A stretch of 24,000 bases of DNA. Source: Promethearchaeia archaeon. GTDB lineage: Archaea; Asgardarchaeota; Lokiarchaeia; Sigyniarchaeales; SOKP01. This document shows positions 1 through 7,573 of the stretch, piece by piece. The notes below the pieces were generated by a model that saw only the letters and a list, made by a program, of their open reading frames with translations, made no database searches and had not been told where the DNA came from. The position numbers were made by a program, and so were the translations under genes. How positions within the stretch are numbered: position 1 is the stretch's first letter; the number at the start of each line of letters is the position of its first letter. The stretch is from assembly GCA_046497275.1 (NCBI GenBank), contig JAWOFX010000064.1:52-24051 (forward strand), given 5' to 3'.

Positions 1-141
1 TCCGCAAAAATAAAACATATTTTTTTTTATTTAATCTTGGTTATTAAAGACAAAATAAGAAGAAAAATCGAGAGGTTACTGACATTTTTTGACAAAAATT
101 GATTCCACCAAACCCTGACAAAAATATATTACATATAACAC

Positions 142-167
142 AAAAAAAGAGAATAAAAGAAAAAAAT
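142..167 (-). terminator. oligo-T termination signal downstream of the trpB2-like gene
   Basis: On the minus strand the stop codon (172-170) is followed by ATATTTTTTTCTTTTATTCTCTTTTTTTG, which contains two T7 runs (plus-strand A7 at 160-166 and 142-148). Archaeal RNAP terminates at oligo-dT tracts. Confidence 0.4.
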
Positions 168-169
168 AT

Positions 170-1582
170 TTAAAATTGGGATTCATCAATCTGAGGCATA
201 TCTGCATCATTTATGGATTTATTAATCCTCTCTTCTGATAATTCAAAGTTTTCTAAATCACCGGTCATAAATTCTTTGTACGCCAGAAGGTCAAAATAGC
301 CGTGACCACTGAAATTGAAAAGTATTGTTTTGTTTTCATTATTTTCTTTTGCTTTAAGTGCTTGATCCATAGCTTCTTTAATAGCATGATTTGTTTCGGG
401 TGCAGGTAAAATCCCCTCTGCTTTTGCAAATAACATTCCTGCTTCTATAACTTCAAGCTGATGATGCATAGTTACGTCAATTATTCCATTATTATATAAA
501 TTAGATACAATAGGAGCCATTCCATGATATCGTAATCCCCCAGCATGAATTGGACTAGGTATGAAATTATGACCGAGGGTGTGCATCTTTAGGATAGGTG
601 CTTTCTTGGCAGAATCCCCGTAATCCCAAGTATATTTTCCTTTACATACACTCGGACATGCCCGAGGTTCAACTCCAATAATCTGAATATCTGGACTATC
701 ACCACGAATTTTATCTCGTGCAAATGGAATCATTAATCCAGAGAAGTTTGACCCTCCCCCCATACAACCTATGACGATATCGGGATATTCGATACCAGAT
801 TTTTTGAGTTGTATTTGTGCTTCCTGACCAATGATGGTCTGATGAAGACAAACAAAATTAACTACACTTCCCAAGGAATATCGGATTTTGTCACTCCTTA
901 AACTATGTTCGACCGCCTCTGAAATAGCGATACCTAAGCTCCCAGGATGTTCTGGATCACTTTCATAATAACTTTTTCCAGATTCTGTAAATCTTGAAGG
1001 AGACGCATGAACTTCGGCATCATATGATCTCATTAGTATTTTTCGTCCAGGCTTTTGAATAAAACTTGCTCTTACCATATAAACCGTACATGTGATATTA
1101 AATAAGGAACATCCATATGAAAGACCAGATCCCCATTGCCCTGCTCCAGTCTCCGTCACCAGCTCATTTATTCCATCCGCTTTGGCGTAGTATGCTTGAG
1201 CGAGCGCGGTATTGGGTTTATGTGAACCCGTTGGAGAGACTGATTCATTCTTATAGAATATCTTTATTTCTTCTCCCTCAACACCCAATTCTTTTTCTAG
1301 TCCATACGCTCTATGAAGTGGAGTGGGTCTATGTGATCTTGCATAAATCTCTCTTAAATCTTTTGGGATCGGTATAGTGGGTTCTTGGGATACTTCTTGA
1401 ATAACACATTCCTTCGGAAAGATGGCAGCTGCCATTTCAAAGGGTGCAGGCTTTCCATTCATCGGGTTTATTAAGGGTGTCATAGGTGTGGGTAAATCGG
1501 GTAAAATATTTATCCACTCTTTTGGCACTTCCTTTGGATCTAACAAAATTCTTGCATTAAAATAATCTGTCACTTTAAACAC
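170..1582 (-). CDS. trpB2: tryptophan synthase beta-like protein, TrpB2 (long, stand-alone) type
   Basis: 470-aa ORF with a GTG start at 1582; an in-frame TAA two codons upstream rules out a longer N-terminus. It has the PLP-lysine motif SPTGSHKPNTA and the phosphate-binding loop GCMGGGSNFSG. The N-terminal PKEWINILPDLP segment and ~470 aa length are typical of the TrpB2 branch. No trpA or other trp genes are in the window. Confidence 0.85.
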   Translation of the reverse strand: MFKVTDYFNARILLDPKEVPKEWINILPDLPTPMTPLINPMNGKPAPFEMAAAIFPKECVIQEVSQEPTIPIPKDLREIYARSHRPTPLHRAYGLEKELGVEGEEIKIFYKNESVSPTGSHKPNTALAQAYYAKADGINELVTETGAGQWGSGLSYGCSLFNITCTVYMVRASFIQKPGRKILMRSYDAEVHASPSRFTESGKSYYESDPEHPGSLGIAISEAVEHSLRSDKIRYSLGSVVNFVCLHQTIIGQEAQIQLKKSGIEYPDIVIGCMGGGSNFSGLMIPFARDKIRGDSPDIQIIGVEPRACPSVCKGKYTWDYGDSAKKAPILKMHTLGHNFIPSPIHAGGLRYHGMAPIVSNLYNNGIIDVTMHHQLEVIEAGMLFAKAEGILPAPETNHAIKEAMDQALKAKENNENKTILFNFSGHGYFDLLAYKEFMTGDLENFELSEERINKSINDADMPQIDESQF

Positions 1583-1680
1583 GTTTTAATATTTTTTAAA
1601 TTTTTATGTGTCTCATAATAAAATTGGAAATCAATAGTATTAATGCACATAAATAAAGTTTTAATATCTTGAAAATGAAT

Positions 1681-1700
1681 CAAAACAAAAGAAAAAAGAC
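1681..1700 (-). terminator. T-rich tract (GTCTTTTTTCTTTTGTTTTG) between the Trp-rich leader ORF and trpB2; candidate attenuator terminator
   Basis: The minus strand reads T6-C-T4-G-T4, beginning ~30 nt after the leader ORF stop and ~100 nt before the trpB2 start. Oligo-T is the archaeal intrinsic termination signal. Confidence 0.3.
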
Positions 1701-1725
1701 ATTAATCGAAATAGTCCAATGCAAA

Positions 1726-1743
1726 GGCGTTATTGCCAACGCC
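1726..1743 (-). promoter_or_regulatory. perfect 6-bp stem / 6-nt loop hairpin GGCGTT-GGCAAT-AACGCC, overlapping the last Trp codon and the stop codon of the leader ORF
   Basis: Read directly: minus strand 1743-1738 GGCGTT pairs with 1731-1726 AACGCC. The final TGG (1738-1736) and the TAA (1732-1730) lie inside it. Confidence 0.4.
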
Positions 1744-1795
1744 AAGGCCACTGCCAACACCAGAAATTATTTTTAACAGTTGCCATCTTATTCAT
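1730..1795 (-). CDS. candidate 21-codon Trp-rich leader peptide MNKMATVKNNFWCWQWPWRWQ
   Basis: ATG at 1795, TAA at 1732-1730. Five TGG codons sit at alternating positions (1762, 1756, 1750, 1744 and 1738 first bases). This is the only GC-rich patch in an otherwise A/T intergenic region. It lies ~147 nt upstream of trpB2 on the same strand. No clear Shine-Dalgarno. The ORF is below the ORF-track length cutoff. Confidence 0.4.
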   Translation of the reverse strand: MNKMATVKNNFWCWQWPWRWQ

Positions 1796-1830
1796 TTTAT
1801 AAGGACTATTTATTTTTAGTTGTTTTTCAG

Positions 1831-1840
1831 TATTTAAAAA
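1831..1840 (-). promoter_or_regulatory. TATA-like box (TTTTTAAATA) upstream of the leader ORF
   Basis: The minus strand reads AACTTTTTAAATACTG, centred ~40 nt upstream of the leader ATG, which would give a short 5' leader. TATA-like strings are common in this AT-rich DNA, so support is weak. Confidence 0.25.
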
Positions 1841-1940
1841 GTTATTGTTTTTATACGTACTTTTTCCCATTCCTATTTGCGTTAGAAAAAGACATATCTC
1901 TCTTATATAATTTTATAACAAGAAAGGATTACATAGATTG

Positions 1941-2342
1941 TTATTCTTCAAAGATCTTGACTAGATTTCTTGCTGCTACCCGCATCACTTTCACAGTCTT
2001 CATTAGCGTATCTATAATTGTTCCAGCGCATACAATTACTAATTTTCCGGCATTTGTGATAACGATATATCCATCTTCTGCCCTCAAAATTATTTCACTG
2101 AGATCTTCTTGAAATAATTGTTGGATAGTAGATCTTCCTGTCATCAGAAGAGCAGACGCTAATCCACAAAATTGATCTCCATCAACTTTATAATGGGGCA
2201 GAGCGGAGAATGCTATCTGGTACCCCTCTGAGGAGACTAATGCAATCGCTTCAATATCTGCATTAGAGGTTATGAATGTTATTTCTGGTGAAATCTTCTC
2301 TATATCATCGTTAGTTATTCCTAGATCGCTCCCAAACTGAAT
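1941..2342 (-). CDS. Roadblock/LC7 (MglB-like) domain protein, ~133 aa, probable non-canonical ATT start
   Basis: The track gives only a 67-aa ATG fragment (1941-2144). The frame stays open 72 more codons upstream to a TAA at 2363-2361. It reads continuously as a Roadblock fold: ...ITFITSNADIEAIALVSSEGYQIAFSALPHYKVDGDQFCGLASALLMTGRSTIQQLFQEDLSEIILRAEDGYIVITNAGKLVIVCAGT.... No ATG/GTG/TTG exists in that extension. The ATT at 2342-2340 is preceded by AGGT (2353-2350) with a 7-nt spacer, the same geometry as GAGG-N7-ATG at fba. Confidence 0.65.
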   Translation of the reverse strand: MQFGSDLGITNDDIEKISPEITFITSNADIEAIALVSSEGYQIAFSALPHYKVDGDQFCGLASALLMTGRSTIQQLFQEDLSEIILRAEDGYIVITNAGKLVIVCAGTIIDTLMKTVKVMRVAARNLVKIFEE

Positions 2343-2381
2343 CTTGAAAACCTTATAATTTTAATTTTTATTATTTAGTTT

Positions 2382-2399
2382 TATATCTTTATAGATATA
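2382..2399. repeat. 7-bp inverted repeat TATATCT-TTAT-AGATATA in the divergent Roadblock / orphan-operon promoter region
   Basis: Read directly. Chance occurrence in A/T-rich DNA is plausible. Confidence 0.3.
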
Positions 2400-2527
2400 A
2401 AAAAAAGATTTTTAATTTATTCTTTTTGGATTATATTTTATTTTAGAATCAATGCTAATCTTAATTACTAAAAAATAAATAATTAATTTATTATATAGAT
2501 GAAAGAACAATCACGTATAGTTAAAAA

Positions 2528-4849
2528 ATGATAACAACCAGAGAATCTATCAATTATCAATTTTCATTAATATATGGATATTCATCGCCTAATCATGAGA
2601 ATTTGATGGTTGGAGATATAATAAGTCCAGGAAATCTAACAAAAAATCTAATAAATGAGTTATCAAAAGATGTAATTAGATATTTAACTGAATTTAACGC
2701 AATGCTGCGGGATTATACAGGATCTGAATTATACTCTGTTGAATTCGAATTATTAAATTATAAAGAAGGAGATTATAGTATTAAAATTTATCCAAAATCA
2801 ATGTTACTAATGCCTGGAAACTATAAAGAATGTGAAAGTCTTATGCTTGCATTAAAACCCGAAACAGGATATCTGAACGTTCATAAGTCTAGTCAATCAA
2901 TAAACGGGATAAGTAAGCTATTTTTCGAAGTTGAAGATTATGCCAATCATCCTAATCTTGATTATAATGAAAAGAAACAAGTTTATAAAACATTTGCTAC
3001 AAGATTTAGTAAAAAATTGTTTGGTGAATTAATAGAAGATAAATGGAATAAGAAATTAATTGGTTTATCTGAATCATTACCCACAGATAAAAAAAATTTA
3101 AAAATTTATAGCAAGCTAAAATCTAATTTAGAAATAAACTGGTATAAAACACCCTTTGAAATAAAACTTTCACAAATTGAGTTCGGAAAAATTAGAGATC
3201 CTTTTGAAGGGAAGTCCGCAATTGAACACCTTAAATTTAGTATAACAGAGCCGAGTGCGGGATTTGTGATTGAAAAAACGTTAAAATTAGGGTCTAATTT
3301 ACTAGATTTAGCAAATTGGGGTACAATTGATGAATTTCAAGAAAGAATAATTAAGTTTATCTTAAAAAAAACGAGAGATACAATTTTATTAGACTTAGAT
3401 AACAAATCTGAGATCCAAATAATTTCTCTATTTGACAATTTTCTTAAGCAAATAAAACAGAAATTAGAAGAATTTACTATATATTGTAAAAAATTTCTGA
3501 AAACCGGAGAGAAAGGAGATCTTGCTGAAATTTTATTAAAATTAAAAAAATTTCTTAAAGAGCAGAATCAAAATTATAGACAAGAAGAAATTCAAGATAT
3601 ATACATTATTCTTAGGGATTTTATAAAAAAAACAATAAGTAAAAAACAAGAAATTAGAGCAAATGATTTTAATTCTTCTTTTAATTATTTTTCTGAATTG
3701 ATAAATAGATCTTTTAATAAAATTCAAGAAAGTCTACCGAAATATCTTTTAATCAGAAGACTTAATAAAACAGTTCAAACCTTAATTAAAAAACTTAAAA
3801 GTGAATTTGATAAGGAACAAAAGCCTGTTAAGATATTGGGTTATAGATTTATTGAAAAATTTAGAGATCATCTTCTAAAAATGATTAATAAATATTCAAT
3901 CTTAACAGAAAAAAAAATAGTATTTGAAAGGGATATTATAAAAAAGAACTTTATTAGATTAATCTCAAACTATTTAGATGATTTTTTTGATAATGTCCAA
4001 TTAGGAATAGCAGAAATTATTTCTTTTGCTGAAATAAACACAGATGAACATTCGAAAAATATATCTCATTATATTGAAGATTTCAAAAAGTTCTCAGATG
4101 AAATACATTTCCTTTTAAGTTATATCCTAAGATATTCCACTATAAATAGATTTATAAAAGATAAGCCAGATAAAGACATCTCGGACCCTGTTTCTTTCTC
4201 AACTAAATTTCATAGATTTCTAGAAAAAAGATTAGCAGGGATCGATTTAATTTGGAAATCTGTAATTTTAGATTGGATAAAAAATTATGCTAAACTCTTT
4301 TTTAAATTAGAAGTCAATAGAATGTGGACAATTAATGAAATTTATACTGATTTTATCAACTATCTCGAGGAGAAGGAGAAAATATCTAGAAATCCCAATA
4401 GTTTCACAGAATTCCTGGACACTTTCATAGCTAAAGTTGAAAATGAAGATGAGAAGAAAACTCTAATGAAGTTTTACGAGCAATATAAATATTTTATTGG
4501 AGTTAATACTGAATTTCCTAAATACTTACGTGAAAAAATTGAAACTCAAATTAAAAGTTTAAATTTAGATTGGGAAAATGATTTTCCAATAGAAATTTTA
4601 TCTTCAAATGAGAATTCAAATAGTTTTTATGAATATATAAGAGAAAATGAACTAAAATATTTTTCAAATTTAATCCCTGTTCCATCAACCATGATATTAA
4701 AACATAAACTAAACAATGAGGAGTTAGAACTCTTTAAGGGAGATTTATTCCAAGTGTTTGGTTTTAAGAATTGGGGAGTTGGAAATATTGCATTAGATTT
4801 ATCTGATAATTTTCAGGAAGTATATAGAGAGTGGATAAAAGAATTATGA
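2528..4849 (+). CDS. large orphan protein A (773 aa): mixed alpha/beta N-terminal ~130 aa, then a long K/E/I/N/F-rich apparently helical region; function unknown
   Basis: An uninterrupted 2.3-kb ORF in DNA where stop codons are very frequent, so it is almost certainly coding. ATG start with a TATA-like TTATATAG ~34 nt upstream. I saw no Walker A, TM segment, Cys/His cluster or other recognisable family motif. Confidence 0.8.
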   Translation: MITTRESINYQFSLIYGYSSPNHENLMVGDIISPGNLTKNLINELSKDVIRYLTEFNAMLRDYTGSELYSVEFELLNYKEGDYSIKIYPKSMLLMPGNYKECESLMLALKPETGYLNVHKSSQSINGISKLFFEVEDYANHPNLDYNEKKQVYKTFATRFSKKLFGELIEDKWNKKLIGLSESLPTDKKNLKIYSKLKSNLEINWYKTPFEIKLSQIEFGKIRDPFEGKSAIEHLKFSITEPSAGFVIEKTLKLGSNLLDLANWGTIDEFQERIIKFILKKTRDTILLDLDNKSEIQIISLFDNFLKQIKQKLEEFTIYCKKFLKTGEKGDLAEILLKLKKFLKEQNQNYRQEEIQDIYIILRDFIKKTISKKQEIRANDFNSSFNYFSELINRSFNKIQESLPKYLLIRRLNKTVQTLIKKLKSEFDKEQKPVKILGYRFIEKFRDHLLKMINKYSILTEKKIVFERDIIKKNFIRLISNYLDDFFDNVQLGIAEIISFAEINTDEHSKNISHYIEDFKKFSDEIHFLLSYILRYSTINRFIKDKPDKDISDPVSFSTKFHRFLEKRLAGIDLIWKSVILDWIKNYAKLFFKLEVNRMWTINEIYTDFINYLEEKEKISRNPNSFTEFLDTFIAKVENEDEKKTLMKFYEQYKYFIGVNTEFPKYLREKIETQIKSLNLDWENDFPIEILSSNENSNSFYEYIRENELKYFSNLIPVPSTMILKHKLNNEELELFKGDLFQVFGFKNWGVGNIALDLSDNFQEVYREWIKEL

Positions 4850-7236
4850 TTAGCGGGATAAAAAGAAAGTCAACAGCGATGGAAAGTGCATTTAGATACT
4901 TTCAAACTGTTGATTTAATCATCTCTCATTTTAAGAGAGAAGCCGACAAAGAGAAGATTTTTGAGATATTAGATGAGACATTTACATTAAAAGATTTACT
5001 AGTTTCGACAGCAGCAATTCATATTTATCATAACTTAGGGATAAGAGTTGAACAAGCAATTGATATTAAGGAGGGTACTGTTGAATCCTCAAGAAAGCAA
5101 GAAATATTGGAGAAACAAAATATATTTGAGGAAGTGAAATATCTTCTTAAAGATTCCTTTGAATCTGAAATGGATATCTTTATGAGGATAATTGAACTTG
5201 AAAATAGATTTATTAATTTATTAATAGATTTAAGAGATCCAAACATTTCGGAAAATCAAAAACAAGAAAAATTGAATGAAATAGATCAATATTTAGAGAA
5301 AGAATTATTGAAATTTATTTTGGAATATAAAATCTTTAATTTTTATGATCTTATAGGAGATTTAATAGGTTATACCAATGAAGTGAAAAAAGATATTTTA
5401 GATGTTAGTGGAGATTTCAAAGACTTGTCAATTGAATTAGAAAAAAGACTTAAACAAGAGGAAAAAGAGGATAAATACATAGAATTATCAACCTTGAATA
5501 GAATAATTGAAAAAATAAAAACCAATTTTGAGTTCAAATCTTATCAAGAATTAAAAATGCAGGCCATGCCTGTTAGAATGATTAAAAAAGAAATAATTAA
5601 TCATGATTTGGAACGTTTTCCAATCTCTATACCTGGTTTGATGGCATTTAAAGAAGCAAATCGATTAAAAGAGAGATTAATAAAAAAAATTGAGGAAAAT
5701 TTAGAAAAAAAGATAGATTATCAACATTTTGAAGAAGAGATTTTCTCGTTTATGAAAAAGGAGATTATTGAACAATTAAATACAAATCCAAATGACTTTA
5801 TATATTTTTTACAAAATCTTAATGAAGAGAATTTCGAGGAGATTATTTATACACTTCACAAATATGGTATTTTTAATATTTTAGAATTAATCAATATCGA
5901 CGATGATTTGGCTAAAAAAGTAAAAGAAAATATGATTCGGTATAATATTAAAAAATTCGATATAATCCAACTTAATGATCGCAAAAAAAATATTTTAATA
6001 AAAACTAAAAAGGTATTAAATGAGATAAGCAGGAGCAATTTACAAAAAATAGAGGGCATTAATGATGAAATTATAGATTTAAAGAAAATAATAAAAGAGG
6101 AAAAGAATAATAATTTGGAATTATGGAAATTGATTGAAAATAAAACTGGTTCTGATTATATTGAACTTAAAGAATTTATAAGAAAGAAAGAAATTGTGGA
6201 TAAAATCTTTTTAGAGAATTTGGGAATAATGAATTATTCTCAAATATTGTTATTACTGGATTTTGAGAATATTATCAATAATTTGGTTAAAGATACTTTC
6301 TTTTATATCTTATCAAAAATTTTAAGACAATTGAGCAGAATTATCGAAGCTTTTTTAAAAATTACGAATGAAAAAACCCTTTATCTTTTAGCTTTTAAAA
6401 AGATGTATAATACAACAGAATCAGAAGATTGGGTATGGATAAAACTCGAGGAATTGATAATTCAGAGATTAATTAAGAGACAAAGTGAATTAGTAGTCTT
6501 ATTTAATGCCTATGACAGACCCTTTTTAATAAACGGATTTATATTAGCAAGATTAACTGAATCATCATTAGAAAAAGCTAGAAATATTCTAGAGAATAAA
6601 ATAAGTCCCATATATGAAGATATTAAACCAATAAAACTTAAAAAAGATTTGATCTCTCCAATATCCTATTGTTTAGCTTATGATTTAATTAAAAGGTTTG
6701 AAAATTATGAAGAATTAAGAAAAGAAAATGTACTAAAAATAATGGAAGAAAAAGTAGAGCAAAAAGAAAAAATTAAAAAGGAAATAAGAAGAAATCAAGA
6801 AAAAAATACATTCAATTGGATAGAGAGAAAAATAACTTCCTCTTTAATGAGGATAAATAGCCCAGGGATAAATCCAAATCAATTATATTGGACTGAAAGG
6901 GATACAAAAATTACTTCAGATAATATAAAACTTCATAGTGAATTAAATGGAGATACTTTTGATTTGTTTATAGAATATTTTCAATTTGCTATTGATAAAA
7001 TCGAATCTCTCTATTCTGATTTGAAACTTCCTAATCCGGAAAAAATCAAATTTATAATAAGGAAGATTATCAACGTTATTTTAAAAGAGAGATTTGCGCA
7101 TGAGCCTAATCTTGAAGAAATCAACAATATGTTGGATGGGGAAAGATATGAAGTCGCTAAACAAATTGCAAAAAAGATTGGGACTATATTAGATAAAGCA
7201 CTATATTCTAAGTTTAAATTAAAAAGAAAATCATAG
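4846..7236 (+). CDS. large orphan protein B (796 aa from ATG 4846; 801 aa if GTG 4831): K/E/I/N-rich, apparently helical; function unknown
   Basis: ATG 4846-4848 overlaps the TGA stop of protein A (4847-4849) as ATGA, the classic translational-coupling arrangement. It is an uninterrupted 2.4-kb ORF with no recognisable catalytic motif or TM segment. A T6 run at 7242-7247 follows the TAG. Confidence 0.8.
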   Translation: MISGIKRKSTAMESAFRYFQTVDLIISHFKREADKEKIFEILDETFTLKDLLVSTAAIHIYHNLGIRVEQAIDIKEGTVESSRKQEILEKQNIFEEVKYLLKDSFESEMDIFMRIIELENRFINLLIDLRDPNISENQKQEKLNEIDQYLEKELLKFILEYKIFNFYDLIGDLIGYTNEVKKDILDVSGDFKDLSIELEKRLKQEEKEDKYIELSTLNRIIEKIKTNFEFKSYQELKMQAMPVRMIKKEIINHDLERFPISIPGLMAFKEANRLKERLIKKIEENLEKKIDYQHFEEEIFSFMKKEIIEQLNTNPNDFIYFLQNLNEENFEEIIYTLHKYGIFNILELINIDDDLAKKVKENMIRYNIKKFDIIQLNDRKKNILIKTKKVLNEISRSNLQKIEGINDEIIDLKKIIKEEKNNNLELWKLIENKTGSDYIELKEFIRKKEIVDKIFLENLGIMNYSQILLLLDFENIINNLVKDTFFYILSKILRQLSRIIEAFLKITNEKTLYLLAFKKMYNTTESEDWVWIKLEELIIQRLIKRQSELVVLFNAYDRPFLINGFILARLTESSLEKARNILENKISPIYEDIKPIKLKKDLISPISYCLAYDLIKRFENYEELRKENVLKIMEEKVEQKEKIKKEIRRNQEKNTFNWIERKITSSLMRINSPGINPNQLYWTERDTKITSDNIKLHSELNGDTFDLFIEYFQFAIDKIESLYSDLKLPNPEKIKFIIRKIINVILKERFAHEPNLEEINNMLDGERYEVAKQIAKKIGTILDKALYSKFKLKRKS

Positions 7237-7293
7237 AAATATTTTTTATAGAATTATAATTATATAACTAAAAAGAAACGTTGATACATTATC

Positions 7294-7566
7294 TTGTCAA
7301 ACATAAGCTCAAAAGTTAGAGACTTTTTAAAAAATCTACTAAATTCATTACCTGAAATAATCTTTGGCTTCATTTTATTTTTGCTGGCAATTTCAGGGGT
7401 AATTATTGCTCTCATTTTAAGATCTCTCGGTTTTAATGGAGCAAATATAGTATTTTTAAGTTTAATAACGGAAATTTTCTGTTTAATTGCCGGTTATTTT
7501 ATTTTTAATCGAAGATATATAAAGGAAGAACCAGAGAAGGAAAAAATAAAGAAATTTAAGAAATAG
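7294..7566 (+). CDS. small membrane protein (90 aa, 2 predicted TM helices, K/E-rich tail)
   Basis: TTG start; the ORF contains no ATG. Two hydrophobic stretches: PEIIFGFILFLLAISGVIIALIL and ANIVFLSLITEIFCLIAGYFIF. It lies 57 nt downstream of orphan protein B on the same strand. Confidence 0.45.
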   Translation: MSNISSKVRDFLKNLLNSLPEIIFGFILFLLAISGVIIALILRSLGFNGANIVFLSLITEIFCLIAGYFIFNRRYIKEEPEKEKIKKFKK

Positions 7567-7573
7567 CAACTTT

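Noticed and set aside
1-6. The window begins TCCGCA, the same hexamer that ends the tRNA-Ile gene on the plus strand (…CTCCGCA at 12717-12723), hinting at a minus-strand tRNA 5' end cut by the window edge
   Set aside because: Six nucleotides are far too few to support a call.
1117-1377. 86-aa plus-strand ORF
   Set aside because: It is entirely antisense inside the well-supported trpB2 gene, with no recognisable motif. It is a shadow ORF.
1726-1764. Alternative reading of the GC-rich patch as a Gly-rich peptide (SGVGSGLGVGNNAFALDYFD)
   Set aside because: That frame has no ATG/GTG/TTG between its upstream TGA and the Gly-rich stretch, whereas the Trp frame has two ATGs.
1780-2112. 110-aa plus-strand ORF (TTG start), F/Y/S-rich
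   Set aside because: It overlaps the Roadblock gene antisense and runs across the leader-ORF region. Its low-complexity hydrophobic composition is typical of antisense reading of a real gene.
3542-6059. Three minus-strand ORFs (3542-3727, 5028-5246, 5856-6059; 61-72 aa)
   Set aside because: All are antisense within the two 2.3-2.4-kb orphan ORFs. Their I/L/F/S-rich composition mirrors antisense K/E/N codons.
2528-7236. Many A8-A9 homopolymer runs inside the orphan ORFs (e.g. near 3095, 3366, 3636, 3912, 5685, 5985), considered as possible phase-variation switches
   Set aside because: All are in frame and encode Lys-rich stretches. Such runs are expected from AAA codon usage in an AT-rich genome, and nothing suggests slippage.
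2528-7236. Search for Walker A/B, HEPN (R-x4-6-H), nuclease, protease or TM motifs in the orphan proteins
   Set aside because: I found only trivial partial matches (e.g. RFAH, LLLLDFE) that are indistinguishable from chance, so no enzymatic call was made.
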